DNA of 64,000 nt, from assembly GCA_963665095.1 (NCBI GenBank), contig OY762069.1, forward strand, positions 6,144,001-6,208,000, in the 5' to 3' direction. Below the pieces are notes generated by a model. It made no database searches and was not told the origin of the DNA. It was given only the letters and a program-made list of their open reading frames with translations. Both the position numbers and the translations under genes were made by a program. Origin of the DNA: an uncultured Desulfobacter sp. Its GTDB lineage: Bacteria; Desulfobacterota; Desulfobacteria; Desulfobacterales; Desulfobacteraceae. Each line of letters opens with the position of its first letter. The stretch's first letter is position 1. Positions 20,200 through 29,682 of this stretch are shown piece after piece.

Positions 20200-21156
20200 A
20201 TGGCCACATGCAAATTCAGTCTGCCCACCGGCGAAACATGTAAAGAACCTGCTGTAACAGATGACGGTTTCTGCAAATGGCATGGTCCTGTCCCGCCATC
20301 AGGTGACGGCATAAAAGAGGAACTTGAAAAGATTGCCAAAGCCGGAGGGAGCCTGGCCGGGTTTAACCTCAAAGGCCTTGACCTTAATGATATATATCTG
20401 ATCCAGGCCGATTTAAGAGGTGCTGACCTGCGCCATGCCAACCTGACCCATGCCCATATGTACGGCGCGGATCTTGGCGGGGCAGATCTTTTCAAGGCCA
20501 ACCTTGAAAAGGCCAATTTCAAGGCGGTCAACCTGAAAAAAACCAATCTTCTGGCGGTTAATTTTGATCTGACCAAAATTGAAGGCGCGCTGTGGGACGA
20601 GGAGTATATCATCCAGAATGAAAAAGACGCGGTGGCGGCCTGGGAAAAAGGGGATAAACGCCTGGCTTATAAAAAATACAAGGAAGCCGAAGAGATCTAC
20701 AGAAGCATCAAGCTGGCCCATGAGCAGCTGGGGCACTCTAAAAACCAGAGTCCGTTTTTTTTAAGGGAGATGGTGGTACATCGCAAACAGATGCCGCTTT
20801 TTTCCGCCCCCCGGCTGGCGTCCAAAACCATGGATCTGACAACCGGTTACGGGGAAAAGCCGGTGAATGTCCTGTGGACCTCCCTGTATACAGTGTTTGT
20901 CTCTGCGTTTTTATACGGATTGTTCGGGGTGTATGAACACGGCCGGATGATGTCGTTATGGAACCATGACGGCTCTTTGATGGAGACTATCGGCAACCTG
21001 ATCTATTTCAGCTCCGTGGTATTTACCACCATCGGATTTGGGGACGTTGTCCCCTTTGGCATCAGTAAATGGGTCACCACCATTGAGGGGTTTCTGGGCC
21101 AGATCCTGATCGCATTTCTCATCGTGTGTATTTATAAAAAATTGATGGAGCGGTGA
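20200..21156 (+). CDS. Pentapeptide-repeat protein fused to a 2TM potassium channel domain
   Basis: N-terminal C-C-C-H cluster, A(D/N)LxX repeats, pore helix and filter YFSSVVFTTIGFGD. Confidence 0.88.
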   Translation: MATCKFSLPTGETCKEPAVTDDGFCKWHGPVPPSGDGIKEELEKIAKAGGSLAGFNLKGLDLNDIYLIQADLRGADLRHANLTHAHMYGADLGGADLFKANLEKANFKAVNLKKTNLLAVNFDLTKIEGALWDEEYIIQNEKDAVAAWEKGDKRLAYKKYKEAEEIYRSIKLAHEQLGHSKNQSPFFLREMVVHRKQMPLFSAPRLASKTMDLTTGYGEKPVNVLWTSLYTVFVSAFLYGLFGVYEHGRMMSLWNHDGSLMETIGNLIYFSSVVFTTIGFGDVVPFGISKWVTTIEGFLGQILIAFLIVCIYKKLMER

Positions 21157-21174
21157 CTTTTTCCGTATACACAG

Positions 21175-23639
21175 ATGCAATTATTCATTGATTTTGACCA
21201 AATGGGCCGGATATTTTCGGAAGCCGCAGAGGAGAAGCGGTTTCAGCTGTTTGAGCATGAGACCTATGTGCTGCTCAATGCCCTGGGTGCTGAATCTGTT
21301 CCACAGCATTATCTGCTTGCCCGCAGTCAGCGGTTGACGCCTGAACTGCTGGACCGGTTTCCCGGTGAAAAGGTGGTCTTAAAAATCGTCAGCCCGGATA
21401 TTGTCCATAAATCAGATTCCGGGGGTGTAAAGGTGGTTCCCAAAGCCACCGGGAAAGTCAGAAGTGAAGGCCGGCGAATGGTGGATGTGGTGACAGAACG
21501 GTTTGCACAGTTCCTTGAACAGCATCCGGACCCGTCACTGCCCTGGTACCAGGGACTTTCCGGATCCGCCCTGCGGGATGCCGTGAACAATAATATCAAA
21601 GGGGTATTAATCTCCCAGTTCCTGCCTCCTGAATCCGATGCCCTGGGCCACGAACTGCTGGTCAGCCTCAGATGGACCCGTGAATTCGGCATGGTGATCA
21701 CAGCCGGCTTAGGGGGAACAGATACGGAACTCTATGCTGAAAGATTCCGGCTGGGGCAGGCTGTGGTTTCCGCCTCCACCGCAGATATCTCCGGGGAGGA
21801 GTTTTTCGAACTTTTCAGGAAAACCATTGCCTATCAGAAGATTTCAGGGCAGACCCGGGGACAGGTCCGGCTGATATCAGATGAGCAGCTCATGGAGTGT
21901 TTTGGGGCGTTCATCGCCGTGGGAAACCATTTTTCTCCGCTGAATGAGACCGCCTCCTATGTGATTGAAGAGCTGGAGGTGAACCCCTTTGCCCTGGTGG
22001 ATTATGAAATGGTGCCCCTGGACGGGCTGTGCAGATTCTCTCCGGCGTTTTCCCCAAAGAGCTCGCGCAGGGTCGGGCAGATCGGGCATATGCTTCACCC
22101 CGGCCATGTTGCCATTGTCGGGGCCAGCGCCACCAAGGTGAATTTTGGCAGAGCCATTCTTCAGAATATGATTCAGGCCGGATTTCCCAAAGAGCAGATC
22201 ACCGTTGTGACCCCGGTGGCCCGGGAGATCGACGGTGTTGCCTGTGTGGCAGATATTAAAGGGATTCAGGAGACGGACCTGATGATCCTTGCAGTCCGCT
22301 CCGGGCTGTTGCCGGACCTTATCGATGAAGTTCTTGATCACAGGCGTGCCAGAAGCGTTATTCTGATCTCCGGGGGGTTAGGGGAAACCCAAGCGACCCG
22401 GGAGCGGGCCGGCAGGTGATTGACAAAATTGCCAAAGCCCATTCCAGGGAGAGCCAGAGTCCGGTTTTCCTGGGCGGCAACTGCATGGGGGTTATTTCAA
22501 AGCCCGGCCGGGTGGATTCCTTTTTTACGCCGGAAGCCTGTTTCCCCCAGCGCCGGGACAGGGCAGCCGCCCCTGCAGCCCTGGTCAGTCAGAGCGGGGC
22601 CTTTGCCGTGGTTCGCATGGCCGCCTTTTTATCCGGTGATCCGGCCTATAATATAACGGTGGGAAACCAGATGGATCTGACCATTGGGGATTTCATCACA
22701 TGGCTGGCAGATGCTGTGGATGTGGAGCTGATCTGTGTCTATGTGGAAGGATTCCAGGACCTTGACGGCCTTCATGCCAGCCGTGGCATCAGAAAAGCGG
22801 TGCAGAATGGAAAAGAGGTGCTGATATACAAGGCCGGCCGGACCCCGGCGGGCAAGAAAGCCACCTCCGGCCACACCGCATCTATTGCCGGGGATTACAT
22901 GGTCTGCAACGCCTGCCTCAGCCAGGCCGGTGCCCTGGTGGCCGACACGCTGGAGGAGTTTGACGGCCTGGTCAGCCTTGCCTCAAATCTGCATAAAAAA
23001 CGGATATCAGGGAACCGGGTGGCGGCCATGAGTCCTGCAGGGTTCGAGTGTGTCGGGGTGGCCGATGCCCTTGATTCAAGGGATTCAAGTCTGGAACTGG
23101 CCCGGTTTTCCCCCGGGACCCGGGAAACCATTGCCGGCCTTTTTGAGCAGGCCGGGCTGAAAAAGATCATGGATGTTAAAAACCCCCTGGATATTACGCC
23201 TGCGGCCCCGGATATTATTTATACGGAATCGGTGAGGGCAATGATGCAGGATGACGGCATTGATGCCGTTGTGGTCTCTTTGGGGTCTCTTTCGCCGGGC
23301 ACATCTGACACGCCTGCCCCGGATCATCCGACAGGTTTTATCACGTCGAAGGGCAGCTTTGCCTCCCTGCTGCCGGAACTTGTGAATGGCTATGACAAGC
23401 CTCTGGTGGTATTCAACGACGCCGGAAGTGCCCACGAGCCCATCAACAACTGGCTTAAGGAAAACGGGGTCCCTGTATTCAGGACATCACGGCAGGCAGT
23501 CTCGCTTTTATCCCAGTATACCGCGTACCGAACCCGCATACAGCGGTTGAGCCCGGTTGCTGACAGACTATTACATTCCTTGGTATATGGAGAACTGAAA
23601 AGTGAAAAAAACAGAGCACAGAAGCAAGATCCGCATTAA
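21175..23639 (+). pseudogene. Second ADP-forming acyl-CoA ligase (beta-alpha), frameshifted at about 22414
   Basis: ORFs 21175-22419 and 22416-23639 together are collinear with the 808-aa paralog; break at GCC GGC AGG TGA TT (paralog RAGRVMD), a 1-nt loss. Confidence 0.8.
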
Positions 23640-25194
23640 ATCTTCAAAATGGCGCAAAATCTATACCTATACCTGCCGCATTCCCTGGGAAGGAGACACG
23701 TTTTATTACAGATATATTACCTGGAAATCCGTTGATCTGAAGAATGCCTCCTCATGGAGCATTGGTGCACCGGTAAAGCTGAAGTCAAGGAAAACCGGAA
23801 CAACCATGACGTTTAATTCGCTGAACATCACCGTAAAATCAGGCAGCAGTGAGGTTGTCTGGACCCTTGAGATACCTGAAGACGATTTCAGAACCTGGCT
23901 CTACTTCATTATTGTGTCTCTGTTAAAACACACCAGCCTGACCTTTGCCGATGATACCCTCACCGGTGCCGGAATGAAAACCTCGCGTCAGAAAAAATTA
24001 AAAGCCCGCCGGGGTATGGCCAGCCTGGATTCCGTCTACCCTATCTTCATTGATGCTGAATCCAGGCTCGCCCAGGGAAAGCAGCTGATGGAGAAGAAAG
24101 GACGTGACAATTTAATTAAAACCGAGGGCGGTAAGGTTTTCAAGCTCCTCTCAAAAATAGGTTCAGGGGGGCAGGCATTTGTCTGCAATACCGACCGCCT
24201 GCCATCAGTTGGGATTGGGCCGACGCAACCCTTTGCCGTCAAGGTCGCAATGTTCGGCGGGGAGATCGCGTCATCAAAAGGCAGCGGGGCCGAGCTTTCT
24301 GCGGAAGCAAAAACGGTCATACATGAGGCCCGTCTGCTTGCCGCCGCCGGAGATCATCCAAACATCATCAAGTGGGTTGATGCCCTTGCATCAGAGAATG
24401 CCATATACCTCTTTCTTGAGAAAGGGGAATATGACCTGTCAGAGATCTGGGAAAAACGAAAACCAAAACCCAATGCAAAAGTCCTCCTCAAAATTGTAAC
24501 AGATATCCTCACCGGCGTTGAGCACCTTCACAGCCATGGTATCGGTCATCTTGACATCAAGTCGCAAAATATTTTGATATATTCAGACGGGACCGCAAAA
24601 ATTATTGATCTCGGCTCGTCCATCTGCCTTGCAATACAGAGCATGGATCAAATGAAATCCCCGTTCCAGAACATGGGTACACCGGGTTTCATAGGACCGG
24701 AAAACTGGCAGGACTATCCCGGGAATAAGAGGGAACTTGAAATCCGCTTCCGCCAGCGTGACTGCTTTGCCATCGGGATGACGATCCTGGATAGCATCAT
24801 TGCCCCATTGTATCATATCGATGACGCGCAAATTAAGAAATTATGTACACCTGACAAAAGCAAATGGGATGAAAGTCGCGCGTACCGGCAGAAAGTGGAG
24901 GAAGACAGGCTCGCGTTCTGGGAAGCTCAGTTTCGGCAAAAAGTTGAAAAGTCTGCCCGGAAAAACGGAATTGATGACATCGCTACCATTGCCATGATGC
25001 TGGTCAGAAGCGGCAGTGATTTAAAGGCCCGTTTCTCCATATCCCAGGCACTGGAAGCCATGAAATTCCTTGAAGCAGGGAGAAAACAGCCGGCGCCGCA
25101 GCCCAAAAAGGCTCCCAGCCCCAGCTGGATCAAATCCGGAATCAGTAAACGGGTTGGCATATGGGAACAATTCATGCGCGACGCTGCCAAATAA
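23602..25194 (+). CDS. Hanks-type Ser/Thr protein kinase with an N-terminal PH-like region
   Basis: IGSGGQAFV, AVK, HEARLL, HPNII, HLDIKSQN, DLG, GTPGFIGPE, DCFAIG; GGAG upstream of GTG. Confidence 0.85.
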   Translation: MKKTEHRSKIRIKSSKWRKIYTYTCRIPWEGDTFYYRYITWKSVDLKNASSWSIGAPVKLKSRKTGTTMTFNSLNITVKSGSSEVVWTLEIPEDDFRTWLYFIIVSLLKHTSLTFADDTLTGAGMKTSRQKKLKARRGMASLDSVYPIFIDAESRLAQGKQLMEKKGRDNLIKTEGGKVFKLLSKIGSGGQAFVCNTDRLPSVGIGPTQPFAVKVAMFGGEIASSKGSGAELSAEAKTVIHEARLLAAAGDHPNIIKWVDALASENAIYLFLEKGEYDLSEIWEKRKPKPNAKVLLKIVTDILTGVEHLHSHGIGHLDIKSQNILIYSDGTAKIIDLGSSICLAIQSMDQMKSPFQNMGTPGFIGPENWQDYPGNKRELEIRFRQRDCFAIGMTILDSIIAPLYHIDDAQIKKLCTPDKSKWDESRAYRQKVEEDRLAFWEAQFRQKVEKSARKNGIDDIATIAMMLVRSGSDLKARFSISQALEAMKFLEAGRKQPAPQPKKAPSPSWIKSGISKRVGIWEQFMRDAAK

Positions 25195-25206
25195 ACAACA
25201 TAAATC

Positions 25207-25863
25207 CTACTTAGAAAGACTCTTGAGGCTGGCAACCTGGTCATATCTTTCTGTGATACCCGTGCGTTGCTCGATGAGGATTACCGGTTCCAGCATCCCA
25301 CGGCTGTTCGCATACAGTTCAACATTTACAGGCTTTCCGGTGCTGATGCCCATGGGGCCTTCACCAGGAAGGGGATAGGATGAATGCTCCCCGCTGTGCC
25401 CTTTGGGCCGCCGGCACATTTTCTTTTTGTTGTTGGAAGAAAAAATGGTTTCACACTCTAAAAGATTTAGGGAATCGCCGTACTTTGAATTCGTTTCATT
25501 CCGATATCGAAGGCCGCTGCGTCCGGGTATCAACATTGCATCATAATTTTTGTTGAGGAACGCATTGAAAGTAGGAGCAATCTCTTTTGTTTTATTTAAA
25601 TTGGCAAAACGTCTGTCGGCTCTTTCAACTACGGAAAGGGGACCCAGCCCTATTCTGATCAGATCGTTCAACGGTGTTTTCAGAAGCAGGCCCCACTCAT
25701 TTTTAATTGCTCCTGCGGACGAAAGTTCTTCTTTTGTCACCTCTTTATTCACCTCAAGGAAAGCGGCATCGTCCAGGTTATCGATCCAGCTTTTTGCCAA
25801 TTGGACTATTTTAATATCAGATAAGTCTTTTGTTATATCTTTATGCCGCTTCTTGTAATGCAC
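25207..25863 (-). CDS. Hypothetical protein with a C-x12-C-x5-H-x3-H motif
   Basis: 218-aa ORF convergent with the kinase; start uncertain. Confidence 0.55.
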   Translation of the reverse strand: MHYKKRHKDITKDLSDIKIVQLAKSWIDNLDDAAFLEVNKEVTKEELSSAGAIKNEWGLLLKTPLNDLIRIGLGPLSVVERADRRFANLNKTKEIAPTFNAFLNKNYDAMLIPGRSGLRYRNETNSKYGDSLNLLECETIFSSNNKKKMCRRPKGHSGEHSSYPLPGEGPMGISTGKPVNVELYANSRGMLEPVILIEQRTGITERYDQVASLKSLSK

Positions 25864-26009
25864 AATAAGCTTATTTAAAAAATTCGACTTAATCCGAGTG
25901 CGGGCCCCGGTTATTTTTCTTGCATGGCTTCATATTTATTGACCCTGAAAAAACTGCAACCCCTTTTCCATGCTGGGAAATAACAAGGGGCCTTTTCAGC
26001 CCCTTGCCT

Positions 26010-28958
26010 CTATGGCTCAAGGTGTTGACACAGAATTTCCACCGGATGGTATACCGGCTGAAGGCTGAATGCCTCCATCTGCATGCGGCAGGTGGGGCAG
26101 TCTGTGGCTGCCGTGGTCGCTTTGGATATGGAAAGCTGTCCTTTAAGATCGCTGCCGATGCGCTGGCTTAAATCGTAGTTGTCGGCCAGCATGCCCCAGG
26201 TGCCTGCCATGCCGCAGCAGTGGGTGGTCAAGGGCAAAACCGTAAGCCCGGGAAGGCTGGACAGCATCTGAATGGAACTTTGGGCATGGGCAGTGGCTTT
26301 GAAATGGCATGGGGTGTGGTAGGCCAAGTGACCCTCTTGGGGCCGGAGGGTCAGCCGGTCCATATTCTGGCTGACCAGAGTGCTGATATGGGTTGTTTTT
26401 TCAGCAATGGTTTTGACCAGATCCTTTTGTGCTGTGGGAAGCTGGGTATTCAGGGTCATGCCCCAGTAATTGAGCAGGGCGTAAAGGCAGGAGGAGCAGG
26501 TGGTGATAATGTAATCTGCCTCGACTGCACTGCCTCCCCACAGGGTCAGATTTTTTAATACAGCTCTGCCTGCCTTGGCAGCCATGCCCTTGGAGAACAT
26601 GGGAATCCCGCAGCAGCCCTGTTCAGGAACCTTGACATCAAACCCCATGGCAGTAAGAACACGGACTGCTGCCCGGCTGATGCCCGGATTGATATGGGTG
26701 GCATAACAGCCTGCAAAATAGAGGACCTGTTCGGCGCGGGTGCTGTTTTTATGGGTGAAATCCTTTTTTTTAAGGGGATGGGGTGAAAAGGGATCCATGC
26801 GTCGCTGGTGTGATATGCCGGTGACCTTTTCCATGAATTTGCGCAAGGGGCGGTTTTCAAGAAGTGGGCCTGCGATTGCGGCAAAAGGCCGGGCAAGCCG
26901 GGCGCTGTTTTCCACCGAAGTCAGCAGATGGTCGGACAAAGAGATGCCGAACCGCTTCTTGAAATTGGCGCGGGCCTCCATCACAAGGCCTGGAATATCC
27001 ACTTCAGAGGGGCATTCATGGCTGCAGGATCCGCAGGCAATACAATGGTCCAGGACATGGAAAATGCCCCTGGCATAGGCCTCTCGCCTGGCAAAATCCT
27101 GTTCATCCTCTGTGCCTTCCTGCAGAGAGACGGCCTGCTCAAAACTGCCGGAAATCAGGCTGCGCAGGATATTGGCCTTGGCTTTGGGGGCAGCGGCCTC
27201 ATCGCGCAATACCTTGTACACCGGGCACATCCGGGAGGCATGGGTGACGGTGGTGCATTTGGAGCAGCCATGGCATTTTTCAATTTCACGGGTCATGGTG
27301 TCCGGCGGGAAAAGAATGTTGTCATAGGGGTTGGTGCTCCTGTACTCTGGGCCGTATCGCAGAGATGCGAACCGGTAGGCGTCCGGCAGGTTTTGGACGT
27401 CTGTTTCTGCTGCATCCGGATCAGGGACCGCACCGGTGAGAATGTCAGGATTGAGCAGGTGGTCCGGGTCCAGCAGCTCCTTGACCTGTTCAAACAGATG
27501 AAAAATTTTTGGATACAAAGACCGGATATAAACGCTGCGAATCCGTCCATCCCCATGTTCGCCGGAAATGGCACCGCCCAGGGTTTTCACAAGCTCAAAT
27601 ATCCGGTCTGAAATGGTTTTTAAGAGCAGATTATCCTTCTTTTGCTTGAGATTGAGCAGCGGACGGGTATGCAGCAGCCCCTTGGAAATATGGCCAAACA
27701 ACACAAACTGCACGCCTAACTCATCAAGAATCTTATAAATACCGTGAAAGTAAGGTTCCAGCTGATCTGTGGGCACGGTGGCATCCTCAATCAGGGCCAG
27801 CACTTTTTTATCCCCTTTCATCTTGTATAGAATGGGGACCGCCGCCTTGCGGATGCTCCAGAATTTGGCTTTTTCGCTTTCAGAAAATGCAATGTGAATC
27901 CGGTCTGAAAATCCCTTGTCCTTAAGCAGATGTTCCACCTGGTCTGCCTTGGTGCGGCAAGTTTCCTCACGGGCTTCGTCAAAGGCAATGAGCAGCAGGT
28001 TGTCCAGGCCATTGGGCAGTATCTGGTCCAGGTTGGGATCGCTTTTCCGGGCAAGATCCAGAAGGGATTTATCCATGATTTCTATGCTGTTGGGGCCTGA
28101 GGGCAGGATCTCCTGGGTGGCCCGGGCCGAGGCCGTGATATCGTTAAAATAGGCCACCACCAGAATGTCATGGGGATTTTTTTTCGCCAGCCGGAATGTC
28201 AGCCGGGTGACCAGGCCCAGGGTGCCTTCGGCCCCTGAGAACAGTCCGGCCAGATGCAGATGGCCCTCTTCGGAGACAAGCCCGCGCAGATTGTAACCTG
28301 ATGAGTTATACCGGACCTTGGGGTAGGCGGTTTCAATTAACTCTTTATTTTCGCTGTAAAGATGGAACAGGTCACTGAAGGGGGGCAAGAGTTCCGATGC
28401 CATGGTATGGGCAATGCCGGACAGGGTGACCACCTCTCCTTTGGCCGTGACGATTTCAGCATCCAGACAATAATCTCCCACATTGCCGTATTTGGCGGAA
28501 CGGGAGCCTGAAGCATTGGTGGCATACATGCCCCCGAAACTGGCATACTCTCCTGATGATGGGTCAGGGGGAAAGTAGAGATTTGATCCTGCCAGCATTT
28601 CATTGAGTTCCCCCATGCGGAACCCGGGCTGGCATTCAAAGGTTCTGTTTGTAATATCCAGATGGACCAGCTGGTTCATGTATTTGGAGAAATCAACAAT
28701 AATGCCCCGGCCAAGGGCGGCGCCGCACACCCCGGAGCCTGTACCCCTGGCATGCACGGTCAGGTTGTGCGTTTTTGCAAATTTTACGATTTCGACCACA
28801 TCACCGGTGTCTTTGGGGTAGGCTACAGCACAGGGCACCTGTTTAAAAATACTGCCGTCCGTAGCCAGTAAATGGCGTCTGAACATGTCTGTATACAGAT
28901 CGCCTCTGATTGTATCCTGAAGTGTTTCAAAGAATGTCATGGATGGTGTTGCTTTCAC
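26010..28958 (-). CDS. FAD-linked, Fe-S-containing 2-hydroxyacid dehydrogenase (GlcD-GlcF fusion/YdiJ-like)
   Basis: RGTGSG, PDPSS, GAEGTLG, SGEHGDG, two ferredoxin-type Cys clusters, two CCG motifs. Confidence 0.9.
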   Translation of the reverse strand: MKATPSMTFFETLQDTIRGDLYTDMFRRHLLATDGSIFKQVPCAVAYPKDTGDVVEIVKFAKTHNLTVHARGTGSGVCGAALGRGIIVDFSKYMNQLVHLDITNRTFECQPGFRMGELNEMLAGSNLYFPPDPSSGEYASFGGMYATNASGSRSAKYGNVGDYCLDAEIVTAKGEVVTLSGIAHTMASELLPPFSDLFHLYSENKELIETAYPKVRYNSSGYNLRGLVSEEGHLHLAGLFSGAEGTLGLVTRLTFRLAKKNPHDILVVAYFNDITASARATQEILPSGPNSIEIMDKSLLDLARKSDPNLDQILPNGLDNLLLIAFDEAREETCRTKADQVEHLLKDKGFSDRIHIAFSESEKAKFWSIRKAAVPILYKMKGDKKVLALIEDATVPTDQLEPYFHGIYKILDELGVQFVLFGHISKGLLHTRPLLNLKQKKDNLLLKTISDRIFELVKTLGGAISGEHGDGRIRSVYIRSLYPKIFHLFEQVKELLDPDHLLNPDILTGAVPDPDAAETDVQNLPDAYRFASLRYGPEYRSTNPYDNILFPPDTMTREIEKCHGCSKCTTVTHASRMCPVYKVLRDEAAAPKAKANILRSLISGSFEQAVSLQEGTEDEQDFARREAYARGIFHVLDHCIACGSCSHECPSEVDIPGLVMEARANFKKRFGISLSDHLLTSVENSARLARPFAAIAGPLLENRPLRKFMEKVTGISHQRRMDPFSPHPLKKKDFTHKNSTRAEQVLYFAGCYATHINPGISRAAVRVLTAMGFDVKVPEQGCCGIPMFSKGMAAKAGRAVLKNLTLWGGSAVEADYIITTCSSCLYALLNYWGMTLNTQLPTAQKDLVKTIAEKTTHISTLVSQNMDRLTLRPQEGHLAYHTPCHFKATAHAQSSIQMLSSLPGLTVLPLTTHCCGMAGTWGMLADNYDLSQRIGSDLKGQLSISKATTAATDCPTCRMQMEAFSLQPVYHPVEILCQHLEP

Positions 28959-29671
28959 TTTTTTTCAATTCGAACGGCCGTAAATGACAGATGCTCTGCC
29001 ATGGCCCGGGCTGCCTCATCAGGGTTGTGTGCAGCAATGGCGTCGACAATGGCCTTGTGCTGGGAGGTGATCTGGTCATATAGTGTCCCAAAGGATTCCC
29101 CTTCTGGATAGATCCGGTCCGTGACCTTGCCGATCCAGCCAAGAATGGAACTCATCATGTGGACCAGGAATGGATTGTGGGAGGCTACCGCAATCTGGCG
29201 GTGTAGACGGACGTTGCTTTTATACCGGGGAGGATGGCTGCCCTGTTTTTCCGTCATGGCTGTAATAATCGTTTCAAGCTCACGGATCTCTTCATCGTCA
29301 GCCCGGACAGCGGCTGTTCTGGCAGCCCACACTTCGAGAACCGTTCGTATCTCCATAAGACCCTCAATAAAATCGGCCTCCCTGGCCATTTCTGTCATGT
29401 AGTCCAGGACCGGGGTCTCCGTGGCGGATTTGACAAAGGTGCCCTCCCCGTGACGATGGGCCACAAAGCCTAAACATTCCAGGCGCAGCACAGCCTCACG
29501 CACCGAAGACCGGCTCACGTCAAACAGGGTCATCAGCTCCATTTCCGGTGGGATTTTTTCCCCCGGCAGCAGCCGGCCCGAGACAATCAGGTCTTTTATC
29601 TGTTCAAAAACCTTGTCAGAGACTTTTTGTTTGGGAATTTTTTTAAACATGGGGCTCACCGGGCCGGACAT
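28955..29671 (-). CDS. GntR/FadR-family regulator
   Basis: wHTH PGEKIPPE...VSRSSVREA...GEGTFV; FCD domain. Confidence 0.92.
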   Translation of the reverse strand: MSGPVSPMFKKIPKQKVSDKVFEQIKDLIVSGRLLPGEKIPPEMELMTLFDVSRSSVREAVLRLECLGFVAHRHGEGTFVKSATETPVLDYMTEMAREADFIEGLMEIRTVLEVWAARTAAVRADDEEIRELETIITAMTEKQGSHPPRYKSNVRLHRQIAVASHNPFLVHMMSSILGWIGKVTDRIYPEGESFGTLYDQITSQHKAIVDAIAAHNPDEAARAMAEHLSFTAVRIEKK

Positions 29672-29682
29672 GGTAATGCCAT

